Below are positions 27,705 to 38,063 of a DNA stretch of 64,000 nt, piece by piece; positions within the stretch are counted from its first letter, which is position 1; every line of letters begins with the position of its first letter. The notes beneath the pieces are model-generated. The model ran no database searches and was not told where the DNA came from. It was given only the letters and a program-made list of their open reading frames with translations. Location: assembly GCA_964016885.1 (NCBI GenBank), contig OZ024748.1:31000001-31064000 (forward strand), read 5' to 3'. The position numbers and the translations under genes were made by a program. This DNA is from Eledone cirrhosa (lineage: Eukaryota).

Positions 27705-29510
27705 AGGGTTAGGGTTTGGGTTTGTGTTAGGGTTAGGGTTTGGGTTAGGGTTAGGGTTACGGTTAGGGTTAGGTTTAGGGTTAGGGTTAGGTTTTGGGTT
27801 TGGGTTAGGGTTGGGGTTGGGGTTGGGGTTGGAGTTAGGGTTATTGTTTCGGTTAGTGTTAGGTTTGGGGTTTGGGTTAGGGTTAGGGTTAGGGTTAGGA
27901 TTTGGGTTAGTGTTAGGGTTGGGGTTAGTGATAGTGTTATGGTTAGGGTTAGGTTTTGGGTTAGGGTTAGGGTTGGTGTTAGGTTTAGGGTTTGGATTAG
28001 GTTTAGGGTAAGGGTTAGGGTTAGGGTTAGGGTAAGGGTTTTGGTTTGGGTTAGGGTTAGGGTTAGGTTTAGGATTAGGGTTTGGTTTTGGGTTAGGGTT
28101 AGGGTTAGGGTTAGGGTTAGGGTTAAGGTTAGGGTTAGGATTTGAGTTAGTGTTAGGTTTGGGGTTAGTGATAGGGTTAAGGTTAGGGTTATGGTTTGGG
28201 TTAGTGTTAGGGTTTGGGTTTGGGTTAGGGTTATTTTTAGGGTTAGGGTTAGGGTTAGGGTTAGGGTTTGGGTTAGTGTTAGTGTTAGGGTTAGGGTTAG
28301 GATTAGGGTTAGGATTAAGTTTGGGTTGGGGTTGGGGTTGCGGTTGGGTTGGAGTTGGGGTTAGTGCTGGGGCTGGAGTTAGGGTTAGTGTTACGGTTAG
28401 TGTTAGGTTTGGGGTTTGGGTTAGGGTTAGGGTTAGGGTTAGGATTTTGGTCAGTGTTAGGGTAGGGGTTAGGGTTTGAGTTTGTGTTAAGGTTAGGGTT
28501 TGGGTTTGGGTTAGGTTTAGGGATAGGGTTAGGGTTAGCGTTAGGGTTAGGGTTAGGGTTAGGGTTGGCATTAAAGCTGGGGTTAGAGTCAGGTTTAGGT
28601 TTAGGGTTAGGGTTTGGGTTTGTGTTAGGGTTAGGGTTTGGGTTAGGGTTAGGGTTACGGTTAGGGTTAGGTTTAGGGTTAGGGTTAGGTTTTGGGTTTG
28701 GGTTAGGGTTGGGGTTGGGGTTGGGGTTGGAGTTAGGGTTATTGTTTCGGTTAGTGTTAGGTTTGGGGTTTGGGTTAGGGTTAGGGTTAGGGTTAGGATT
28801 TGGGTTAGTGTTAGGGTTGGGGTTAGTGATAGTGTTATGGTTAGGGTTAGGTTTTGGGTTAGGGTTAGGGTTGGTGTTAGGTTTAGGGTTTGGATTAGGG
28901 TTAGGGTAAGGGTTAGGGTTAGGGTTAGGGTAAGGGTTTTGGTTTGGGTTAGGGTTAGGGTTAGGTTTAGGATTAGGGTTTGGTTTTGGGTTAGGGTTAG
29001 GGTTAGGGTTAGGGTTAGGGTTAAGGTTAGGGTTAGGATTTGAGTTAGTGTTAGGTTTGGGGTTAGTGATAGGGTTAAGGTTAGGGTTATGGTTTGGGTT
29101 AGTGTTAGGGTTTGGGTTTGGGTTAGGGTTATTTTTAGGGTTAGGGTTAGGGTTAGGGTTAGGGTTTGGGTTAGTGTTAGTGTTAGGGTTAGGGTTAGGA
29201 TTAGGGTTAGGATTAAGTTTGGGTTGGGGTTGGGGTTGCGGTTGGGTTGGAGTTGGGGTTAGTGCTGGGGTTGGAGTTAGGGTTAGTGTTACGGTTAGTG
29301 TTAGGTTTGGGGTTTGGGTTAGGGTTAGGGTTAGGGTTAGGATTTGGGTCAGTGTTAGGGTAGGGGTTAGGGTTTGAGTTTGTGTTAAGGTTAGGGTTTG
29401 GGTTTGGGTTAGGTTTAGGGATAGGGTTAGGGTTAGCGTTAGGGTTAGGGTTAGGGTTAGGGTTGGCATTAAAGCTGGGGTTAGAGTCAGGTTTAGGTTT
29501 AGGGTTAGGG
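27705..29510 (+). repeat. 898-bp tandem duplication inside the TTAGGG array
   Basis: Rare words ttattgtttcggttagtg and ggttggcattaaagctggggttagagtcagg recur at an 898-bp offset; ORF-track starts 28571 and 29469 differ by 898. Confidence 0.93.
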
Positions 29511-31109
29511 TTGGGGTTAGGGTTAGGGTTAGGTTTGGGGTTAGGGTTAGTGTTAGGTTTGGGGTTAGGGTTAAGGTTTGGGTTAGGGTTAGGGTTAAGT
29601 TTTGGGTTAGCGTTAGCGTTAGGGTTAGGGTTTGTGTTAGGGTTTGAGTTAGGTTTTGGGTTAGGGTTAGGGTTAGGGTTAGTGTTAGGTTTAGGGTTAG
29701 GGTTTGGATTAGGGTTAGGGTAAGGGTTTTGGTTTTGGTTAGGGTTAGAGTTAGGGTTAGGGTTTGGGTTTGCGTTTGGTTTAGTGTTAGGGTTAGGCTT
29801 AGGGTTTGGGTTTGGGTTAGGGTTACGATTAGGCTTTGGGTTAGCGTTAGAGTTAGGGTTAGGGTTAGGGTTAGCGTTAGGGTTGGGGTTAAAGCTGGGG
29901 TTAGAGTTAGGTTTAGGGTTAGGGTTAGGGTTCGGGTTAGGGTTAGGGTTAGGGTTGGGGTTAGGGTTAGGGTTAGGGTTAGGTTTGGGGTTAGGGTTAA
30001 AGTTTGGGTTAGGATTAGGTTTAGGGTTTGGGTTAAGGTTAGGGTTAAGTTTTGGGTTAGCGTTAGCGTTAGGGTTAGGATTAGGGTTTGGGTTAGGGTT
30101 TGAGTTAAGTTTAGAGTTAGGGTTAGGGTTAGGTTTTGGGTTAGGGTTAGGGTTAGTGTTAGGTTTAGGGTTAGGGTTAGGGTTAGGGTTAGGGTTAGGG
30201 TTAGGGTTAGGGTAAGGGTTAGGGTTAGGGTTAGGTTTAGGGTTAGGTTTAGGACTAGGGTTTGGTTTTGAGTTAGGGTTAAAGTTAGGGTTAGGGTTTG
30301 GGTTTGCGTTTGGTTTAGTGTTAGGGTTAGGCTTAGGGTTTGGGTTTGTGTTAGGGTTACGATTAGGGTTTGGGTTAGCTTTAGAGTTAGGGTTAGGGTT
30401 AGGGTTAGCGTTAGGGTTAGGGTTAGGGTTGCGGTTAAAGCTGGGGTTAGAGCTAGGTTTAGGGTTAGGGTTAGGGTTGGGGTTAGGGTTAGGGTTAGCG
30501 TTAGCGTTAGGGTTAGGGTTTGGGTTAGGGTTTGAGTTAGGTTTAGAGTTAGGGTTAGGGTTAGGTTTTGGGTTAAGGTTAGGGTTAGGGTTAGTGTTAG
30601 GTTTAGGGTTAGGGTTTGGATTAGGGTTAGGGTAAGGGTTAGGGTTAGGGTTAGGGTAAAGGTTTTGGTTTTGGTTAGGGTTAAGGTTAGGTTTAGGATT
30701 AGTGTTTGGTTTTGGGTTAGAGTTAGGGTTAGGGTTAGGGTTAGGGTTTGGGTTTGGGTTGGTTTAGTGTTAGGGTTAGGGTTAGGGTTTGGGTTTGGGT
30801 TAGGGTTACGACTATGGTTTGGGTTAGGGTTAGAGTTAGGGTTAGTGTTAGGTTAGGATTCGGGTTAGTGTTAGGGTTGGGGTTAGTGATAGGTTTAAGG
30901 TTAGGGTTAGGGTTTGGGTTAGTGTTATGGTTTGGGTTTTGGTTTGGGTTTGGTTATGTTTAGGGTTAATGTTATGTTTAGGGTTTGTGTTAGGGTTTGG
31001 GTTTGTGTTTGGGTTAGGGTTATGTTAGAGTTTGGGTGTGGGTTAGAGTTAGGGTTAGGGTTAGGGTTTGGGTTAGGATTAGGTTTAGGGTTAGGGTAGG
31101 TGTTGAGGT

Positions 31110-33400
31110 TTGGGTTAGGGTTAGGGTTAGGGTTAGGGATAGGATTTCGGTTTGGGTTAGTATTAGGGTTTGGGTTTGGTTTGGGTTAGCTTTGGGGTAA
31201 GGGTTAAGGTTTGGGTTAGTGTTAGTGTTAGGATTAGGGTTAGGATTAGGGTTAGGGTTAGGTTGGGGTTGGGGTTGCGGTTGGGGTTGGGTTGGAGTTG
31301 GAGTTAGTGTTGGGGTTGTAGTTAGGGTTAGTGTTACGGTCAGTGTTAGGTTTGGGGTTTGGGTTAGGGTTAGGGTTAGGGTTAGGATTTGTGTTAGTGT
31401 TAGGGTAGGGATTAGGGTTTGGGTTTGTGTTTGGGTTAGGGTTTGGGTTTGGGTTAGGTTTAGGGTTAGGGTTAGGGTTAGCGTTAGGGTTAGGGTTGGG
31501 GTTAGGGTTGGGGTTAACGCTGGGGTTAGAGTTAGGTTTAGGGTTAGGGTTAGCGTTGGGGTTAGGGTTAGGGTTAGGATTGGGGTTAGGGTTAGGGTTA
31601 GGTTTGGGGTTAGGGTTAAGGTTTGGGTTAGGGTTAGTGTTAGGGTTTGGATTAAGGTTAGGGTTAAGTTTTGGGTTAGCGTTAGGGTTAGGGTTAGGGT
31701 TTGGGTTAGGTTTTGAGTTAGGTGTAGAGTTAGGGTTAGGGTTAGGTTTTGGGTTAGGGTTAGGGTTAGTGTTAGGTTTAGGGTTAGGGTTTGGATTAGG
31801 GTTAGGGTAAGGGTTAGGGTTAGGTTTAGGACTAGGGTTTGGTTTTGGGTTAGGGTTAGGATTAGGGTTTGGGTTAGGGTTAGGGTTACGATTAGGGTTT
31901 GGGTTAGGGTTAGAGTTACGGTTAGGGTTAGGGTTAGCGTTAGGGTTAGGGTTAGGGTTAGGGTTGGGGTTAAAGCTGGGGTTAGAGTTAGGTTTAGTGT
32001 TAGGGTTAGGGTTGGGGTTAGGGTTAGGGTTAGGGTTGGGGTTAGGGTTAGGGTTAGGCTTAGGTTTGGGGTTAGGGTTAAGGTTTGGGTTAGGGTTAGG
32101 GTTAGGGTTTGGGTTAAGGTTAGGTTTAAGTTTTGGTTTAGCGTTAGCGTTAGGGTTAGGGTTAGGGTTTGGGTTAGGGTTTGAGTTAGGTTTAGAGTTA
32201 GGGTTAGGGTTAGGTTTTGGGTTAGGGTTAGGGTTAGGGTTAGTGTTAGGTTTAGGGTTAGGGTTTGGATTAGGTTTAGGGTATGGGTTAGGGTTAGGGT
32301 TAGGGTTAGGGTTAGGGTTAGGGTTAGGGTTAGGGATAGGATTTCGGTTTGGGTTAGTATTAGGGTTTGGGTTTGGTTTGGGTTAGCTTTGGGGTAAGGG
32401 TTAAGGTTTGGGTTAGTGTTAGTGTTAGGATTAGGGTTAGGATTAGGGTTAGGGTTAGGTTGGGGTTGGGGTTGCGGTTGGGGTTGGGTTGGAGTTGGGG
32501 TTAGTGTTGGGGTTGTAGTTAGGGTTAGTGTTACGGTCAGTGTTAGGTTTGGGGTTTGGGTTAGGGTTAGGGTTAGGGTTAGGATTTGTGTTAGTGTTAG
32601 GGTAGGGATTAGGGTTTGGGTTTGTGTTTGGGTTAGGGTTTGGGTTTGGGTTAGGTTTAGGGTTAGGGTTAGGGTTAGGGTTAGCGTTAGGGTTAGGGTT
32701 AGGTTTAGGGTTAGGGTTGGGGTTAACGCTGGGGTTAGAGTTAGGTTTAAGGTTAGGGTTAGCGTTGGGGTTAGGGTTAGGGTTAGGATTGGGGTTAGGG
32801 TTAGGGTTAGGTTTGGGGTTAGGGTTAAGGTTTGGGTTAGGGTTAGTGTTAGGGTTTGGATTAAGGTTAGGGTTAAGTTTTGGGTTAGCGTTAGGGTTAG
32901 GGTTAGGGTTTGGGTTAGGTTTTGAGTTAGGTGTAGAGTTAGGGTTAGGGTTAGGTTTTGGGTTAGGGTTAGGGTTAGTGTTAGGTTCAGGGTTAGGGTT
33001 TGGATTAGGGTTAGGGTAAGGGTTAGGGTTAGGTTTAGGACTAGGGTTTGGTTTTGGGTTAGGGTTAGGGTTTGGGTTAGGGTTAGGGTTACGATTAGGG
33101 TTTGGGTTAGGGTTAGAGTTAGGGTTAGGGTTAGGGTTAGCGTTAGGGTTAGGGTTAGGGTTAGGGTTGGGGTTAAAGCTGGGGTTAGAGTTAGGTTTAG
33201 TGTTAGGGTTAGGGTTGGGGTTAGGGTTAGGGTTAGGGTTGGGGTTAGGGTTAGGGTTAGGCTTAGGTTTGGGTTAGGATTCGGGTTAGGGTTGGTGTTG
33301 AGGTTTGGATTAGTGTTAGGGTTAAGCTTTGCGTTAGGGTTAGGGTTAGGGATAGGATTTCGGTTTGGGTTAGTATTAGGGTTTGGGTTTGGTTTGGGTT
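31110..33400 (+). repeat. ~1.2-kb tandem duplication (plus a short third start) inside the TTAGGG array
   Basis: gataggatttcggtttgggttagtattagg near 31140, 32337 and 33353; ttaacgctgggg and ggtgtagag recur ~1.2 kb apart. Confidence 0.9.
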
Positions 33401-33740
33401 AGGGTTAGGGCTAAATTAAATTAAATTAAATTAAATTAATTTAAATTAATTTAAATTAATTTATTAATTAATTAATTAATTAATTATTTTATTTTATTTT
33501 AATTTATTTTAATTTATTTAATTAATTAATTAATTAATAAAATTTAATTTAAATGATTAATGAATTAAATTAATTAATTAAATTAAATTTTAATTAATTA
33601 ATTAATTAATTAAATTAATTGAAAAAAAAAAAAAATAAATAAATAAAATTAATAAAATAAAATAAAATAAAATAAATTAATTAATTTAATTTAGTTGAAT
33701 TTAATTTAATTTAATTTAATTTAATTTATTTTATTTAATA

Positions 33741-34489
33741 CCCGGAAATAAACGGAAATAAACGGAAACACCCGGGAATAGCCCACTGCGCACTGCGCAT
33801 GCGCCAAAGTTGGACAGCACTACGCATGCGCTAAGGTTTGGCCGTAGTGCGCATGCGCGAAGGTGTGACCGTAGTGCGCATGCGCGAAGGTCGGACCGCC
33901 CAGCGCATGGTCGAAGGTTGGACAGCACTGCGCATGCACTAAGGTTGGGCCATAGTGTGCATGCGCAAATGTTGGACCGTAGTGGGCATGCGCAGTGCTG
34001 TCCAAACTTAGCGCATGCGCAGGGCGGTCAAACCTTCGCGCATGCGCGGTACAGTCCAGCCTTCGCCCATGCGCACTACGTTCCAACCTCGAAACCAGAA
34101 ATCGCCAACTGCTCACTACGCATTAGCCAAGGTTGGACAGCACTGCGCATGCGCTAAGGTTGGACCATAGTGCGCATGAGCGAAAGTTGGACCGTAGTGC
34201 GCATGCGCTAAGGTTGGACCGTACTGCGCATGCGCTGTGCTGTCCAAATTTGGCGCATGCGCAGTACGGTCCAACCTTCGCGCATGCGCACTAAGGTCCA
34301 ACCTCGAAACCAGTTTCGTTTCGTTTGGATTTTTAGGTTCCCCGGTTTCGTCCCTTTTCGGTTTGATAGGTCCCCGGTTTCGATTCGTTTGGTTTTTTAG
34401 TATCCCCCGTTTGGTTTCGTTTGGTTTTTTAGGTTCCCCGGTTTCGTTTCGTTTGGTTTTTGAGGTACTCCGGTTTCGTTTCGTTTTTT
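33741..34489. promoter_or_regulatory. GC block 1: ETS-like CCGGAAAT repeats, 27-bp NRF1-like (GCGCATGCGC) repeats, GTTTC/TTAGGTTCCCCG repeats; regulatory role putative
   Basis: Unit aaggttggacagcactgcgcatgcgct, forward then inverted; two fold-back sub-blocks. The motifs are seen directly, the function is inferred. Confidence 0.5.
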
Positions 34490-34705
34490 AAATTAAATTA
34501 AATTAAATTAAATTAAATTAAATTAAAGTAAATTTGATTAAATTAAATTAAATTAAATTAAATTAAATTAAATTAAATTAAATTAAATTAAATTAAATTA
34601 AATTAAATTAAATTAAATTAAATTAAATTAAATTAAATTAAATTAAATTAAATTAAATTAAATTAAATTAAATTAAATTAAATTAAATTAAATTAAATTA
34701 AATTA
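34490..34705. repeat. (TTAAA)n pentanucleotide microsatellite
   Basis: Near-pure run of aatta units. Confidence 0.97.
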
Positions 34706-35209
34706 ATTAAAATAAAATAAAATATAATAAAGTACAATAAAATAAAATAAATAAAATAAAATAATTAATTAATTAATAAAATAATTAAATAATGAATAAA
34801 ATAAAATAAAATAAAATAAAATTAAATAAAATTAAATGAATTAAAATAATTATAAAATAATTAAATTAATTGAAATTAATTAAATAATTAATTAATTGAT
34901 TAATTATTTAATTTAATTTAATTTAATTTATTTATTTTATTTTAATTTATTTTAATTAATTTATTTAATTAATTAATTAATTTTAATTTAATTTAACTAA
35001 GTAATTAATTAAATTAAATTTAAATTAATTAAATAATTAATTAATTAATTACAACTTAAATTAATTAAATTAAATAGAAATAAAATAAAATAAAATAAAA
35101 TAAAATAAAATAAAATAAAATAAAATAGATTTAATTACTTACTTACTTACTTAATTAATTAATTAATTAAGTAGTTAATTAATTTAATTTAAATTAATTT
35201 AATTTAATA

Positions 35210-35722
35210 CCCGGAAATAACCGGAAATACCCCCAAAATACTCGGAAACACCCGGAAATAGCCCACTGCGCACTGCGCATGCGACAAGGTTGGACAGCGC
35301 TGCGCATGCGCTAAGGTTGGAACGTAGTGCGCATGCGCGAAGGTGTGACCGTACTGCGCATGCGCGAAGGTCGGACCGCACAGCGCATGCGCGATGGTTG
35401 GACAGCACTGCGCATGCGCTAAGGTTCAACCATAGTGCGCATGCCGTAAGGTTGGACCGTACTGCGCATGCGCATTGCTGTCCAAACTTGGCACATGCGC
35501 AGTTCTGTCCAACCTTCGCGCATGCGTAGTACGGTCAAACCTACGCGCATGCGCACTACGGTCCAACCTCGAAACCAGTTTCGTTTCGTTTGGTTTTTTT
35601 AGGTTCCCCGGTTTCGTTTCGTTTGGTTTTTTAGATTCCCCGGTTTCGTTTCGTTTGGTTTCTTAGATTCCCCGGTTTCATTTCGTTTGGTTTTCGAGGT
35701 ACCCCGGTTTCGTTTCATTTTT
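35210..35722. promoter_or_regulatory. GC block 2 (same organisation)
   Basis: ccggaaataaccggaaatac..., 27-bp GCGCATGCGC units, ccaacctcgaaacca, then GTTTC repeats. Confidence 0.5.
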
Positions 35723-36360
35723 TAAATTAAATTAAATTAAATTAAATTAAATTAAATTAGATTAAATTAAATTAAATTAAAATGAATTAAAATAATTATT
35801 AATTAATTAATTAATAAAATAAAATAAAATAAAATAAAATAAAATAATATAAAATAAAATAAAATAAAATAAAAAAAAAAAATAAAATAAAATAAAATAA
35901 AATAAAATAAAATAAAATAAAATAAAAAAAAAAAAAAATCAAATAAAAAAAAATCAAATAAAATAAAAAAAAAAAAAAAAAATCTAATTAATTAAATAAT
36001 TAATTAATTAATTATTTTATTTTATTTTTATTTTATTTTATTTTATTTTATTTTATTTTAATTTATTTTAATTTATTTTAATTTATTTAATTAATTAATT
36101 AATTAATTTAAATTTAATTTAATTAATTAATCAATTAAATCAATTAATTAAATTAAATTTAAATTAATAAATAAATTATTTAAATTAATTAAAATAAAAT
36201 AAAATAAAATAAAAAAAAATAAAAAAAAATAAAAAAAAATAAAATAAAATTAAATTAAATTAAATTAAATAAAATAAAATAAAAAAAAATAAAATAAAAT
36301 AATTAATTAATTAATTAATTTAATTTAATTTAATTTAATTTAATTTAATTTAATTTAATA

Positions 36361-36720
36361 ACAGGAAATAACCGGAAATACCCGGAAATACCTGGAAAAC
36401 CCGGAAATAGCCAACTGCAAACTACGCATGCGCCAAGGTTGGACGGCACTGCGCATGCGCGAAGGTTGGACTATAGTGCGCATGCGCTAAGGTTGGACCG
36501 TACTGCCCTTGCGCAGTGCTGTCCAAACTTGGCGCATGCACAGTACGGCCCAATCTTCGCGCATGCGCAGTACGGTCCAAGCTTCGCGCATGCGCACTAT
36601 TGTCCAACCTCGAAACCACTTTCGTTTCGTTTGGTTTTTTAGGTTCCCCGGTTTCGGCTCGTTTGGTATCTTAGATTCCCCGGTTTCCTTTCGTTTTGTT
36701 TATTAGGTTTCGTTTCATTT
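36361..36720. promoter_or_regulatory. GC block 3 (same organisation, fewer units)
   Basis: accggaaatacccggaaata..., forward then reverse 27-bp units, GTTTC tail. Confidence 0.5.
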
Positions 36721-37743
36721 TTTAAATTAAATTAAATTAAATTAAATTAAGTTAAATATAATTAAATAAATTTAAATTAAATTAAATTAAATTAAATTAA
36801 ATTAAATTAAATTAAATTAATATTAAATTAAAATAAATTAAAATAATTAATTAATTAATTACTTAATTAATAAAATGAAATAAAATAACATAAAATAAAA
36901 TAAAATAGAATAAAATAAAATAAAATAAATTTAATTAACAAATTAATTAAATAAAATAAAATAAATTTAATTAACAAATTAATTAAATAAAATAAAATAA
37001 ATTTAATTAACAAATTAATTAAATAATTAATTAATTAATTAATTAATTATTTAATTTAATTTAATTTATTTACTTTTATTTTAGTTTAATTTATTAATTT
37101 AATTAATTAATTAATTTAAATTCAATTTAATTAATTAATTATTTAAATTAATTAATTAATTTAAATTCAAATTAATTAATTAATTAATTAATTAAATTAA
37201 TTAATTAAATTAAATTTAAATTAATTAATAAAATAAAATAAAAAGAAATAAAATAAAATAAAATAAAATAAAATAAAATAAAATAAAATAAAATAAAATA
37301 AAATAAAATAAAATAAAATAAAATAAAATAAAATAAAATAAAATAAAATAAAATAAATAAAATAAAATTAATTTTAATTAATTAATTAATTATTTTATTT
37401 TATTTAATTTATTTTATTTTATTTTATTTTCTTTTAATTTATTTTAACTAATTAAATTAATTAATTAATTAATTTAAATTTAATTTAATTAATTAATCAA
37501 TTAAATTAATTAATTAAATTAAATTTAAATTAATTAATTAATTAATTAAATAAAATAATTAATTAATTAATTGATTAATTAAATAAAATAAAAATAAAAT
37601 AAAAAAAAATAAATTAAAATAAAATGAAATAAAATAAAATAAAATAAAATAAAATATTAGAAAATAAAATAAATTTAATTAAGTAATTAATTAATTAATT
37701 AATTTAATTAATTTAATTTAATTTAATTTGATTTAATTTAAAA

Positions 37744-38063
37744 CCCCGCAATAACCGGAAATATCCGGAAACACCCGGAAATAGCCCACTGCGTACTGCG
37801 CATGCGCCAAGGTTGGACAGCACTGCGCATACGCTAAGTTTGGACCGTAGTGCGTTGCGCGAAGGAGGGACCGCACAGCGCATGCGCGAAGGGTGGACAG
37901 CACTGCGCATGCGCTAATGTTGGACCATAGGGCGCATGCGCGAAGGTTGGACCGTAGTGCGCATGCGCTAAGGTTGGACCGTACTGCGCATGCGCCAAGT
38001 TAAGACAGCAGTGCGCATGCGCAGTACGGTCCAATCTTAGCGCATGCGCACTACGGCCAACCT
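37744..38063. promoter_or_regulatory. GC block 4, truncated and fused to the satellite
   Basis: Lacks the GTTTC tail; cactacggccaacct runs directly into tagacttaaacc. Confidence 0.5.

Larger units (their letters stand above)
27013..33410 (+). repeat. Interstitial variant telomeric array (TTAGGG)n, ~6.4 kb
   Basis: TTAGGG dominates, mixed with TTTGGG, TTGGGG, TTAGTG, TTAGGT, TTAGCG, TTACGG, TTAGAG. Flanked by non-telomeric DNA on both sides. Confidence 0.98.
33411..38063. repeat. Four-module composite repeat: AT microsatellite block + GC block
   Basis: AT blocks 33412-33740, 34490-35209, 35723-36360, 36721-37743. GC blocks 33741-34489, 35210-35722, 36361-36720, 37744-38063, all in the same internal order. 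Confidence 0.95.

Noticed and set aside
26991-33019. Long NP/LT/VR/GL ORFs as genes (e.g. circumsporozoite-like or glycine-rich proteins)
   Set aside because: They are the automatic translations of TTAGGG/CCCTAA repeats, with no non-repetitive domain.
27013-33410. True chromosome end
   Set aside because: About 30 kb of sequence follows and the array is variant-rich throughout.
33786-38060. CRISPR-like array
   Set aside because: No unique spacers, units invert, no cas genes, eukaryotic context.
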